Origin: an uncultured Synergistales bacterium
GTDB taxonomy: Bacteria; Synergistota; Synergistia; Synergistales; Aminobacteriaceae
Reading direction: 5' to 3'
Assembly (NCBI GenBank): GCA_905233725.1
Contig: CAJOEM010000001.1
Span: 2,772 to 66,771 of the forward strand
Length of the DNA: 64,000 bases
Shown here piece by piece: positions 54,515 through 64,000 of this stretch (position 1 is its first letter; each line of letters begins with the position of its first letter). Both the position numbers and the translations under genes were made by a program. Under the pieces are notes generated by a model, which worked only from the letters and a program-made list of their open reading frames with translations, ran no database searches and was not told where the DNA came from.

Positions 54515-56158
54515 TTAACGCCCGTTGAATTGCAACGTTTCGTTCGACGGATATTTCAGCGAGTAATCAACAGAAATTTCTACACTTTCGCCAGCTTTGA
54601 CATCGAGTTGCCAAGTCAGAATATTATCTTTGTCGCGAGATTTTTCGGCGGGATTAATTGACTTTACTTCGAGCGTAATTTTGTCATTCGTAGGGATTGG
54701 CAGGCGGTCTTTCACTGTGATTTTGCGATCCTGATTCGAGCCATTCGTAATTTTTATCACGTAGCCGCTTGTGCGTCCCTCGTTATTGCTGAAAAACGTA
54801 CTCGAACTGACTGTCTCCGTCATCAAGTTGCGTTCACACGTGATTTGCTCGATATATCCGAACGGCATTTCACGCTTGCTCAAGCTGTTCTCGCTCAGAA
54901 CGATTTTCCCAGACGGATTGCCATCGACGCGCAACTCAGCCTGTCCCGGAATCAATCGCGTATTATTCATAACGTCCATGTTCGCAATTATCCAGGCGTA
55001 ACGTCTTTGCTCCGGGATTAATAATATCTCAGGCTCGGACTTGAGATTAATTTCATTCGCGTGAATTTCGAAATTTGCTTCTCTGCCGTCACCAGTTAAT
55101 TTCGCGAACAACTCGATCGCACGATCCGATAGACTTTCCGTCATTCTGTGTTCTGGAGTCCCTTCAAGACTTCCGAGTACGCGCATCATATCTTCAACGT
55201 CGTAATCCTCTTCAGCCTCTTCAGCCTCTTCAGGTGCAGCAAAATAATCCGCGGCCGCATTCGTTTTCATTTTCAGCATTCTTCTTCTCTCAACCATCGG
55301 AGCAGATGCAGCACCATACGTTCTCTCGACTTTGGGTTGGAACGACGCTTTCAACGGTAAGATTTTCGGCTCGACGATTCTTTCATCAGGAGTTTTCGTG
55401 TGCAGGATTATTTTCCCATCGTAATCAAGACCCGTGCACTGTGAAATTTGCGCAAACATTTGAGCTTTAATATCGCCGCTCTTTGAATCAAGATCGAGTG
55501 TGTATTTTGCGTCCCAATCTGCGTTTGACGTGAACGCCTCGAACAGAAATTCAGCTTTAGCCTGACCCGTTATCAAAACGAATTTGTCATTACGTGCCGG
55601 AAGCCTTGAATTACGCTCAGATTCCAGAACTTTGAGAATTTTGCGCTCCGAGTTCAGCTCGTTATTAACCGCAAGCAATCTGTTATTCGTTTCCTGACGC
55701 AAAACCTGAGATTCTTTTATAAAATTCAGCAAGCCGCCAGCATCAGAATCTTTTGGCTTAGTATCTTCCAAGAACGAGATCGTCTGATCCAGAGCTTCTT
55801 TCTCGTAATTAAGCTCCTGAACTTTCTTGCTATGTGCCTCAACCTGTGAATTTAACTCGCGAAGATAATCCGGAATCCACGAATCACGTGTTACGCTTCT
55901 CGCCTGAATATTCGCATTGGAATTTTTCGCGTCAACAAGTCTGACTGAATCTGCGTCAAAAGCTCCTGGGATTGCGAACTCAAAATCATTTTCACGTGGC
56001 TTATACTTGAACGTGAATTTTGCTCCGGACGGATAAAAATCTACGGCTACAATCTCTGACACGTAGTCATACTTGAATACAGGCTCATCTGCAAACGCGA
56101 CATCAATTTCAAAAAACGACAGCACCAACATCAGCGCTACGATGCAAAAAAAACTCAT
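54515..56158 (-). CDS. DUF4139-family (MuiA-like, TIGR02231-type) secreted protein with a central coiled coil
   Basis: Signal peptide and a coiled-coil middle region. The C-terminal pattern ...NNTRLIPGQAELRVDGNPSGKIVL... matches the LLPG.A.VF.DG motif of DUF4139 as I recall it. Confidence 0.45.
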   Translation of the reverse strand: MSFFCIVALMLVLSFFEIDVAFADEPVFKYDYVSEIVAVDFYPSGAKFTFKYKPRENDFEFAIPGAFDADSVRLVDAKNSNANIQARSVTRDSWIPDYLRELNSQVEAHSKKVQELNYEKEALDQTISFLEDTKPKDSDAGGLLNFIKESQVLRQETNNRLLAVNNELNSERKILKVLESERNSRLPARNDKFVLITGQAKAEFLFEAFTSNADWDAKYTLDLDSKSGDIKAQMFAQISQCTGLDYDGKIILHTKTPDERIVEPKILPLKASFQPKVERTYGAASAPMVERRRMLKMKTNAAADYFAAPEEAEEAEEDYDVEDMMRVLGSLEGTPEHRMTESLSDRAIELFAKLTGDGREANFEIHANEINLKSEPEILLIPEQRRYAWIIANMDVMNNTRLIPGQAELRVDGNPSGKIVLSENSLSKREMPFGYIEQITCERNLMTETVSSSTFFSNNEGRTSGYVIKITNGSNQDRKITVKDRLPIPTNDKITLEVKSINPAEKSRDKDNILTWQLDVKAGESVEISVDYSLKYPSNETLQFNGR

Positions 56159-56208
56159 GAATAAAACCTCCCGTTAAAAAATCAGCTATTTTCGCAAATT
56201 ATACCATA

Positions 56209-56233
56209 ATAAAAAACGGGGAACGCGCCCCGT
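56209..56233 (-). terminator. Rho-independent terminator directly after pepP
   Basis: The minus strand reads ACGGGG-cgcgtt-CCCCGT followed by TTTTTT. Confidence 0.6.
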
Positions 56234-56234
56234 C

Positions 56235-57353
56235 TCAAACAATCTCAATACTCTGGTTATCATTCAGCGTCAGACATTCGCAAGAGTCCTCAACTATCAA
56301 ATAATCGTCCTCGATTCGCAAGCCGCCCCAGCCTTCGATATAAATTCCAGGCTCAATCGTTACGACATCGCCGATTTGCAGAACATCGCTGGAAATTCTC
56401 GACAAGCGCGGTGACTCGTGAACTTCAAGCCCAAGACCGTGTCCCAAGCCGTGAACGAATTTGTCAGCATATCCGTATTTCGAAATAATTTCCCGAGCAC
56501 GTGCGTCAACTTCTCGACAAGAAATTCCCGGGCGCAAAATTTTCGCAGCTTCGTTATGTGCTTCGAGCAGGATATTATTTATCTCAAGAGCTTTCGAACT
56601 CGCATTGCCAATCGCAAAATTCCGTGTAATATCGCTCATGTAGCCCTCGAACATCGCACCGTAATCAACCGTAACAACTTCGCCGGCTTGAATCTTTCGC
56701 AACGTTGCCGGAGCGTGGCACATCGCACCACGTTCGCCCGACGCTACGATAAAATCATCGTGAGCCCAGCCTTTTTCCGCACCGAGTTTTTTTATTTCCT
56801 GATTCAGCAAAATATCAAAGTCAATTTCCGTCATATCAGGCGCAACTTTCCTAAGAACATTTCCGTAAGCCATTCGCCCAATCAACGCAGCTCTCTTGAT
56901 TAAATCGACCTCGTGAGAATCTTTTTTACGGCGCAAAATCTTCATCAAGTCCGACGCATCTTGCCAATTCACGCAAATTTTCGCGAAATATTTCTGGAAC
57001 GTGTAATGCGAAATTTTCTCAGATTCGAAACCAGCAGTCTTATAACTCGCAACTTCACGCGCAACATATTCCGGCAAAGGCAATTCAGCCTGAATCGTAA
57101 TATCAAACGGCGATTGCATAAAAACCTGAGTCTGATAGCGTCCGTCAGTTATTAATCTAGCTCTGTCGCGATCGATTATCAACGCAGCAGAACTGCCGCG
57201 AAAGCCCGAAATATAATGGCAGCTCTCAGAATTTGCACGCTCATCGACAAGCAGCACGAACACATCAAGTCCACGCTCACTCATAAACGCACGCAGCTTT
57301 TCAACACGCGCATTTACGATTTCGAAATTATTACTATTATTACTATTACTCAT
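56235..57353 (-). CDS. pepP: Xaa-Pro aminopeptidase/dipeptidase (M24B family)
   Basis: Creatinase-like N-domain and the metal ligands context VDYGAMFEGYMSDITR, HGLGHGLGLEVHE and IEPGIY..G..GLRIED. Confidence 0.8.
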   Translation of the reverse strand: MSNSNNSNNFEIVNARVEKLRAFMSERGLDVFVLLVDERANSESCHYISGFRGSSAALIIDRDRARLITDGRYQTQVFMQSPFDITIQAELPLPEYVAREVASYKTAGFESEKISHYTFQKYFAKICVNWQDASDLMKILRRKKDSHEVDLIKRAALIGRMAYGNVLRKVAPDMTEIDFDILLNQEIKKLGAEKGWAHDDFIVASGERGAMCHAPATLRKIQAGEVVTVDYGAMFEGYMSDITRNFAIGNASSKALEINNILLEAHNEAAKILRPGISCREVDARAREIISKYGYADKFVHGLGHGLGLEVHESPRLSRISSDVLQIGDVVTIEPGIYIEGWGGLRIEDDYLIVEDSCECLTLNDNQSIEIV

Positions 57354-58050
57354 GATGAATCTTCAAAGCCTGTCCGAACGTTGAAGTCTGATCTATATCC
57401 TGAATTACGCGACCGTGTTCGAGAATGATTTTTCTCTGAGCAACGTCACCAACTTCCGGGTCATGCGTGACGATTATAATCGTAACTCCCTCGTCATGTA
57501 ATCGCCTGAAAATATCAACGACAATTCCCTCATTTTCCTCGTCAAGATTTCCTGTTGGCTCATCACCCAGCAAAATTTCCGGAGAATTTATCAACGCGCG
57601 CGCTATACAAACTCTCTGCTGTTCTCCACCGGATAATTGCGCAGGCAAATGTCTGGCACGATCTTTCAAGCCGACTTTCTCAAGAGCTTCCATTGCTTCA
57701 GCCTCGTCCGGCATACTGTGATAATATTGCGCGACCATTACGTTCTCGACAGCTGTCAGATAACTAATCAGGTGAAACTGCTGGAATATCAGGCCGATTT
57801 TGTCACGTCTGATTCGCGTTAAACTCGAAGCATTTTCGCGGCTAATATCCACTCCGTCAAGAATCACGCTTCCAGTTGACGGCGTATCCATGCAGCCGAT
57901 TATATTTATCATCGTAGTTTTTCCCGAACCCGACGGACCCATAATCGACAGCCAATCTCCAGCGTTCACTTTCAAATTTATATCCGCCAGCGCCTTCAAC
58001 GATCCGTAAATCTTCGAGACGTTCTTCAACTCAAGAATCTGTTTAGACAA
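57346..58050 (-). CDS. ABC transporter ATP-binding protein (MacB/LolD/FtsE type)
   Basis: Walker A GPSGSGKTT, signature LSGGEQQRVCIARAL, and Walker B ILLGDEPTGNLD. Confidence 0.85.
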   Translation of the reverse strand: MSKQILELKNVSKIYGSLKALADINLKVNAGDWLSIMGPSGSGKTTMINIIGCMDTPSTGSVILDGVDISRENASSLTRIRRDKIGLIFQQFHLISYLTAVENVMVAQYYHSMPDEAEAMEALEKVGLKDRARHLPAQLSGGEQQRVCIARALINSPEILLGDEPTGNLDEENEGIVVDIFRRLHDEGVTIIIVTHDPEVGDVAQRKIILEHGRVIQDIDQTSTFGQALKIHHE

Positions 58051-58052
58051 AA

Positions 58053-59261
58053 TTATTCTCCTTTCAAGACTATAGCCGGGTGAATGTCCATAACTTTTCG
58101 TACCGGCAAAATCGACGCAAGCACCGTTATCAAGATAAATACCGCAATCGTTATCGGGATTAGCGCAACCTGAAAATGAATCGCGCGTCCGAAAACGTTC
58201 AAGCTGACACGTTGAGCAAATTCGAAGCCAAGAAATACTCCTGCAGCTCCTCCCAGGAATCCCAGCAAGACACCTTCACCGAGTAATTCACCCATGATCA
58301 AATTATTTTCAGCTCCGAGTGCTTTCTTCAGGGCAATTTCCCGACGGCGTTCAGCGACCATTGCCATCATCGTCGTATAAACCGAAATCATCGTGATTAT
58401 TAACACAATAAGCGTAACTAATAATACTAGTGCTTGCAATTTCCCCAGGACTATATCCTGAGATTGCGTCAATCTGCGAACGGCTCGCGGCAATAAATTA
58501 CTCAGTTTCGCTTCGATTACGCGTGAGAGATTTTCGAGTTCCTGAGCATCTGCTATTACGCTGCATTCGACAACATCAGCGCGGAAAATATCGCCGACAA
58601 GTTCATCAAGCATATTCGAGTCCGCAAAAATGAATCCTTCTTCTGCTCCACCAGTCGTAATAATTCCTTTCACAAATAGCTTCTTGTTGAAATTCTGGCT
58701 GGCTTTGTCACGCTGCAAATTCTCTTTCGCGGAATAATCCTGACGTGAAGCTTCTGCTCTTTCGCCGTATTTAACGCCCTGAACGACGAACGAATCTCCC
58801 AATTTCAGATTCAGCGTCTCTGCTATCTCGTGGCCAATCATTACGTGATCTGGTTCATCGGAATTTGCCCAAGTGCCCTCGATATACCAGAACGGACTGT
58901 TTTTCTCAGCTTCGGGTAAATCTGTTCCTGCGATTATGTACGGCTGCTCGTTAATTTTAACAGTTTGGTAACGATACGGAGCAATCCCGACAATTTTTTC
59001 GCGCCCGATTATATTCTCAAGTTCAGCAAGAATTTCCCGTGTAATTTTCGCGTCCCCTTTCGGCAAAACGATCAAATTCGCCCCGTATGATCTAAATTCT
59101 CGTCCCAACTGCTCTGGAATGTCATAATAAATCGTAACAAGTCCGGATAAAATCGTCGCACCGATCGCAATCGCCAACACTGCAATTATCAATCTCGACG
59201 CGCGCCTGATTAGCGAACTCGTTACCATTCTGAAATACATTTTGCGCCTGCTATTTGCCAT
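58053..59261 (-). CDS. FtsX/MacB-type ABC permease
   Basis: N-terminal TM helix, a large periplasmic domain, and a C-terminal FtsX 3-TM module (KALGAENNLIMGELLGEG). Confidence 0.75.
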   Translation of the reverse strand: MANSRRKMYFRMVTSSLIRRASRLIIAVLAIAIGATILSGLVTIYYDIPEQLGREFRSYGANLIVLPKGDAKITREILAELENIIGREKIVGIAPYRYQTVKINEQPYIIAGTDLPEAEKNSPFWYIEGTWANSDEPDHVMIGHEIAETLNLKLGDSFVVQGVKYGERAEASRQDYSAKENLQRDKASQNFNKKLFVKGIITTGGAEEGFIFADSNMLDELVGDIFRADVVECSVIADAQELENLSRVIEAKLSNLLPRAVRRLTQSQDIVLGKLQALVLLVTLIVLIITMISVYTTMMAMVAERRREIALKKALGAENNLIMGELLGEGVLLGFLGGAAGVFLGFEFAQRVSLNVFGRAIHFQVALIPITIAVFILITVLASILPVRKVMDIHPAIVLKGE

Positions 59262-60537
59262 GTAATACCTCCGTTGGTTTCAAAGCCATCAAGTAACGAA
59301 TCGCCGGAATGCTGCCAGCCAACGTCACGAAAAACAAAATCACGCCGACAATCAAGATTACCATCTGAGCGATCTCGATATACGATCCAAAAACAGTTTG
59401 ACCGATTACCTGAGCAAAGCCTATTCCAAGAAAATATCCGAAAATTCCTCCGAATAATCCCGTAATCATAACTTCAACCAGAACTAAAAGCGCAATCTGC
59501 CAGTTATACGCGCCCAACGCTTTCAAAAGTCCCAATTCCTGACTGCGTTCGATAACACTCGCCGTGATCAAATTCGAAATTGCTAGAGCTGAGCCAATCG
59601 AACTCAAAATCGTAATCAGGATCATCAAGAGCGTAGTTTTGTTCAAAATCGTGCCCTCAGATTCTGCAACTTGCCTGACTGGTTTAGCAACTCCATCGCG
59701 AATGACTTCCTGAATCTGGTGACATATCGCGCTGACATACGCCGTGCAATACCAGGTTTCGTACTCGTCCGGAGAGAGGCTTTTCGGATTCTGAGCAGCT
59801 TTCTTAGCAAGATCATTATCCGGTGTCGTAAGAGCTGAGACTTCTATACTTGAAATTTTCCCGCTAAGTTTCAAAACACTCTGAGCAGCCGCCAACGTCA
59901 TCAAAATTTCCTCGTCAGCATCTCCACCGTCTGTGAATATTCCTTTCACGATAAAATTTCTGCCGTTCAACGCAATTACATCGCCAATTTTCACGCCGGA
60001 TTTTTCAGCGAGCAAATTCCCGAACATAACTTCATCGTCGCGAGATTCGTTCAGCCATTCGCCTTTAACATCCCACCAAGTTCGCAAAGCTTTCAAGCCT
60101 GTGTCGAGTTCCTCACCGGTTGAGAGCGTGTTGTGTTTTGCAATCCAGGTCCCGTTAATTTTCACGTCAACAGCAGGAGAATTTTTCCCTGGAAGATTCA
60201 TCACAGCTTTGCCCTCCAGCATTGGTGCGAAGTCTAATATATTAAATCCCCAGAAAATCGTCTTGAGCTTTAGAACGTCCTCTTCGAACAAGAATTTGTC
60301 ATTAACTCCGACACCTTCATTCAATCCGTATAAATCGTTCATTAACGCAGCGTCTTTGTGCCTGACCGTGATATTTGCTCCGTAGACTTTCAGCTCACGA
60401 TTAACTTTGTCGCCAACTCCCAGCATAACGTTCATCATAGCCGTCGAAAGCGAAACTCCCAAAATTACCGTGAAAGCGATCATAAGCATTTTGCTCTTTT
60501 GGCGGATTACCGTTTTGAAAACCATGTGCCAGAACAT
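59251..60537 (-). CDS. FtsX/MacB-type ABC permease (second paralogue)
   Basis: Same architecture as the first paralogue (LKALGAYNWQIALLVLVEV). There is an 11-nt overlap with the downstream permease. Confidence 0.75.
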   Translation of the reverse strand: MFWHMVFKTVIRQKSKMLMIAFTVILGVSLSTAMMNVMLGVGDKVNRELKVYGANITVRHKDAALMNDLYGLNEGVGVNDKFLFEEDVLKLKTIFWGFNILDFAPMLEGKAVMNLPGKNSPAVDVKINGTWIAKHNTLSTGEELDTGLKALRTWWDVKGEWLNESRDDEVMFGNLLAEKSGVKIGDVIALNGRNFIVKGIFTDGGDADEEILMTLAAAQSVLKLSGKISSIEVSALTTPDNDLAKKAAQNPKSLSPDEYETWYCTAYVSAICHQIQEVIRDGVAKPVRQVAESEGTILNKTTLLMILITILSSIGSALAISNLITASVIERSQELGLLKALGAYNWQIALLVLVEVMITGLFGGIFGYFLGIGFAQVIGQTVFGSYIEIAQMVILIVGVILFFVTLAGSIPAIRYLMALKPTEVLHGK

Positions 60538-61871
60538 TACTTGAATCTCCTTTCATGCTCGATCAAATTCTTCACGTCGATATAAATTTTCGCGTTCCTG
60601 ACTTCGTAATCAAACGGTATTGGATTGCAGCCGCCTTTGAAGCCAATCGTGTTTTTATTCATGACGACATCGCAGCGACGACACACGACTTCTTCATTGC
60701 CGCGCTCGTAATAACCAGCAATGCCGCAAATTTCGCACGCATCAAGCCCAACACCGTAAGCAGTCCCGGTAGGTTTTTTCACGATCAGGAATCGCACGTC
60801 AAAATTATTCGGCGTTACATACGAGAATTTGTGCAAATGTCCGTCAGAAACTTGTGACAACGGGATCGAAATTATATTCTCAGAAATTTCGTAACTTTCG
60901 GGCTGAATTTCCGCTGGGGGCTTTGTGTCGTAATAATGCACAACTACGACTATGAACACGACTATCGCACCGAATACGCACAAACTCCACGACCACCGGC
61001 GACAATCTCTCAATCTGGCTTTCTCTTTTCGCAACAAGGCTTTATTCGCAAAATCTCCCCTTGGTTTCGTATGCGTTATAATCACGAACGCGAACATCAA
61101 AACGCCCAAAGCTAGCTGCAAGTACAAGAACGCATTCGGATTCTCTCCGCGCCAGATCATGATCTTGAAAATATTATCCGTCAACGGTATCAGCTTGAGT
61201 CTTTGTAACGCAGAAATTGACGCTGCCGAAAATTCCAGAGCAAACGCACACGCGCTCAAAAACAAAAACGTAATTTTCTGAATTTCAGTTTCAAGCGAAC
61301 GATGAACTTTATACGAACTCAGCAGCAATAACAGGCAAACGAATATTCCGATTACAAAGCCTAACGCACGCAACATCGCATTAGTACTTATGCCAGCCTC
61401 GCCGAAATACACGAACTCTCGCGTAAACTGAATCACTGGCGGGATCAAATACATAAGCGAACTCGTAACCAGAATCACTGCTACGAATAACTGCGTGTAA
61501 CAAAAAATCTTACTCAGGAAATTATCTTTCTTAAACACAAACGCACGAATCAAATTCAGCAACGCCAACGCGCTCGAAACAATCGCCGCTCCAGCAATGA
61601 AAATTATCAGCTTTCGATTGAACGCCAGTAACGGCAGATTCATTCCTTTGGGATTATGCATTCTGATCCCGAAAATCACGAATCCGGAAATTATTCCCAA
61701 AATCGCCGCTAAATATATTATTCTTGAGAGCAATTTATTCCCGGATTTACGCGCAAAATAACTGAACGCAATTCCCAGGAAAAACATGAACGCTGCTAAA
61801 TGATCCGTCACTGCTACAAGATACTTAAAAATCGCAAATTCCCTCCCAAACATAAAACGGGCTGTTCGCAA
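60537..61871 (-). CDS. Polytopic membrane protein with a C-terminal DUF2318-type Cys-rich domain
   Basis: About 8 TM helices, followed by GLDACEICGIAGYYERGNEEVVCRRCDVVMNKNTIGFKGGCNPIP. The position downstream of P19 matches Campylobacter cj1660. Confidence 0.6.
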   Translation of the reverse strand: MRTARFMFGREFAIFKYLVAVTDHLAAFMFFLGIAFSYFARKSGNKLLSRIIYLAAILGIISGFVIFGIRMHNPKGMNLPLLAFNRKLIIFIAGAAIVSSALALLNLIRAFVFKKDNFLSKIFCYTQLFVAVILVTSSLMYLIPPVIQFTREFVYFGEAGISTNAMLRALGFVIGIFVCLLLLLSSYKVHRSLETEIQKITFLFLSACAFALEFSAASISALQRLKLIPLTDNIFKIMIWRGENPNAFLYLQLALGVLMFAFVIITHTKPRGDFANKALLRKEKARLRDCRRWSWSLCVFGAIVVFIVVVVHYYDTKPPAEIQPESYEISENIISIPLSQVSDGHLHKFSYVTPNNFDVRFLIVKKPTGTAYGVGLDACEICGIAGYYERGNEEVVCRRCDVVMNKNTIGFKGGCNPIPFDYEVRNAKIYIDVKNLIEHERRFK

Positions 61872-61929
61872 AATCGCAAACCTCCCGTAAAAATATTCTT
61901 AGCTTTGAATGTGAATCCTAATCGCGTTA

Positions 61930-62520
61930 CTAGTCCTGAAGCTGTTCCGCCGTGTAATTCCAGTTGAACTCAACAGTGTGAGTCTGGAAGAAATTCTTCG
62001 CATCTTCTTTAGCTGGAACGCCGGTTTCTGGATCAGTGTGAAGCAAGTAATCTGTCGGCGGCTCAATGATGAATCTGAGCTTGTACTGTCCAACTTTCAA
62101 ACCCTTCGCAATATTCGCGCCGTAGTGAGGACCGTCATCTGCGTTCATGGGCATGAAGCTTCCGTCCATAACAACTGTCTTGCCATCCATAGAGAGAATC
62201 TGATACTTAACAGTTAAATATGCCGGCCAAATATTGTCGCCATTACCGAAACCGTAAGCGATTGCGTACATGGGCTGCAAATGAATGTCTGCTTCGAGGT
62301 GCATATCAGAATCTTCTTTTGCGAGACCTTTGCCAACCGGAATCATGTCAACAGCCTGGAAATAAACTGCTGCTACGTTGTACGGTCCAACCTGCGTCTC
62401 ACCAATCGGAATCTCTTCGAAGCCAACTTCGCCGGGACGAACAGAAACTGCCTCAGCTCCAAAAGCCGCGCCTGAAAAAACGAGTGAAAGAATCATTACT
62501 GCGAAAAAGCACTTTTTCAT
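61930..62520 (-). CDS. Periplasmic P19/FetP-family iron-transport protein
   Basis: Signal peptide. AAVYFQAVDM, HLEADIH and MPMNADDGPHYGANI match my recollection of C. jejuni P19 (AAVYLQPIEM, HLEADIH, MPMVADDGPHYGANI). Confidence 0.8.
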   Translation of the reverse strand: MKKCFFAVMILSLVFSGAAFGAEAVSVRPGEVGFEEIPIGETQVGPYNVAAVYFQAVDMIPVGKGLAKEDSDMHLEADIHLQPMYAIAYGFGNGDNIWPAYLTVKYQILSMDGKTVVMDGSFMPMNADDGPHYGANIAKGLKVGQYKLRFIIEPPTDYLLHTDPETGVPAKEDAKNFFQTHTVEFNWNYTAEQLQD

Positions 62521-62613
62521 GAAAATAACCTCCTGAGATTAAGAAAATATTTTTTAAATGCTTTTTATAAATCTCCCCGAAAAATTTCTCTCGGGGCAAT
62601 TTATCCGGTTAAA

Positions 62614-63990
62614 TTATTTTGCTGCCTTGTTCTTGCGCTTGAAGAAATGCGGCAACGTCGTCCAAAGTGCAGCGATTACGAGCATGATTTGCGGAATTAG
62701 CGTCTCGGCTCTGTCATAAATGCTCAGAATCTCAATCGAGAAGCCCTTCATCGCAGGAATAACTGTTCGTCCGGTGATTACGTCTGCTTCGGTGAGTTCC
62801 GTAACGCCCTTGCCCATGAACGAAATGCACATCAAGAAAAGCAAGATACTCGTAAACAGGAAAAACGCTTTCAACGGCAACTTAACGCTGAAATATCTGA
62901 ACGCGATCCAGACTGCGACTAAAACTGCGATTCCTGCCAAAATCCCGTAAGTAATATATTTCGGATCACTCATGCCGCCCGTGAATGCAGCTTCGTAAAA
63001 CAAAATCAATTCCGCTCCCTCACGCATGACCGCTATAAACGCCGCGAAAATTAACGTCCATTGGCTTTTCGAATCGATTGACTGCTGAACTTTGCCGCTA
63101 ATATAATTTTCCCAGGCGATCGTGTCTGCCTTCGATAGCATCCAGTTACTCACGTAGAACAACACAGCTACAGCCAGGAACATCGTCCAGCCTTCGAGCA
63201 ATTCACGCGCAACTCCGCTGGCATCTCCCATCAAGTATTCAAGAATCATCGCCAAGATTACGCTCGCAATTATCGCAGCAAATGATCCCCAGTAAACGCT
63301 TTTGAGCATGTGTTTATTCCCGGTTTTAATCAAATACGCAACGATAGCGGCAATTACCAGTATAGCTTCGAGACCTTCACGCACAAGCAATCCGAACGCC
63401 GTAACAAACGTCAGCCAATCACGGCTAACCGGCGCAGTTTTGGGTTTTGATTCCTGAACTTGCTCTTGAGCCGGTGATTCTTGAACGGGAACTTGTGTCG
63501 GAGTTTGAGCTGCTGCAACTGTAGCGATTGCCGGTCGTGGAATTTGCGTGTCCGTGTAAATTCTCTCGCCGAAATTATCCGGGTCATTCACTTCAGCCAT
63601 TCCATCAAGAACCATCGAGTCCTTGTAAACTTTGATCTTCAAATCTTCAATCTGTCTGATCAAATCGTCCTTTGCTTTCTGAGAATTTCCGAGCAAAACG
63701 TGCTTAATGTCGCTGAATTGTCCCTCGATATGATTCACTCGTGCAGCAGAAATCGCGATCATAACAGTTCGTTCGACACCCTGAACTTCGTAATATCCGA
63801 AATACGCATCGTTCACGTGTTTATAAGCATCCTGATATTTATCGTTCTGAACGTCTTCAATCGCCGCGTTAAATTCCAGTGCCATATCCGCAGCAACTGC
63901 CCGCCAGTCTGCATAACGTTTTTTCTTTTTTGCAGCTTCAGCGTCCTGAGCAATCGCGCATATCAACAACGCAAAAATCATCACACACAC
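62614..63990 (-). CDS. FTR1-family iron permease with an N-terminal periplasmic domain (FetM/cFtr1-like). The 5' end may extend beyond the window.
   Basis: Two REXXE motifs (VREGLEAILV and MREGAELILF) and 7 TM helices. The frame is still open at the window edge. Confidence 0.8.
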   Translation of the reverse strand: MCVMIFALLICAIAQDAEAAKKKKRYADWRAVAADMALEFNAAIEDVQNDKYQDAYKHVNDAYFGYYEVQGVERTVMIAISAARVNHIEGQFSDIKHVLLGNSQKAKDDLIRQIEDLKIKVYKDSMVLDGMAEVNDPDNFGERIYTDTQIPRPAIATVAAAQTPTQVPVQESPAQEQVQESKPKTAPVSRDWLTFVTAFGLLVREGLEAILVIAAIVAYLIKTGNKHMLKSVYWGSFAAIIASVILAMILEYLMGDASGVARELLEGWTMFLAVAVLFYVSNWMLSKADTIAWENYISGKVQQSIDSKSQWTLIFAAFIAVMREGAELILFYEAAFTGGMSDPKYITYGILAGIAVLVAVWIAFRYFSVKLPLKAFFLFTSILLFLMCISFMGKGVTELTEADVITGRTVIPAMKGFSIEILSIYDRAETLIPQIMLVIAALWTTLPHFFKRKNKAAK

Positions 63991-64000
63991 CGAAACTGTT

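Overview
This is a 64-kb chromosomal window from a diderm, moderately AT-rich bacterium. It is densely packed, with about 50 CDS and one tRNA. I found no rRNA, CRISPR array, transposase, integrase or prophage genes. Three secreted proteins end in a Gly/Ser-rich...GC + hydrophobic helix + Arg/Lys tail. This matches my memory of the Synergist-CTERM sorting signal, so a member of the Synergistota is my best guess (inference only). The backbone is housekeeping. It covers LPS transport and lipid A (lptB, an lptA-like gene, lpxB, lpxI, an lptF/G-type permease), gdh, the prmA-mtaB operon, mazG, yggS and CIRCE-groES-groEL. It also includes ttcA, mutS, a PPi-type phosphofructokinase, rimO, an ABC-F ATPase, mnmG, a cbpA/dnaJ-like gene, iscR-nifS-iscU and pepP. 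An FTR1/P19/DUF2318/MacB-type ABC iron-uptake cluster lies at the right end. The points most worth a second look are: (1) a perfect 9-copy CCAGAGA heptanucleotide tract between an upstream ATG and a membrane-anchored SGNH/GDSL hydrolase ORF, currently one unit out of frame, which is a candidate phase-variation switch; (2) an operon encoding HAD, a YyaL-like protein with an Arg/Ser-rich tail, a 713-aa orphan surface protein and a 1508-aa Pmp-repeat beta-helix protein, where the last two (plus a distant S8 protease) carry the same C-terminal sorting tail and no candidate sorting enzyme is in the window; (3) a tandem triplication (143/149/143 bp, bounded by a 13-nt microhomology) of the 5' UTR and first ~45 codons of a degenerate Hsp70-like gene, which also rewrites the 3' end of mtaB; (4) a vapD (Cas2-like) gene killed by one in-frame TAA; (5) an Mrr-type nuclease with a very long acidic linker, wedged between a tRNA and rimO. 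All functional calls rest on motifs read by eye from the translations. No database search was run.
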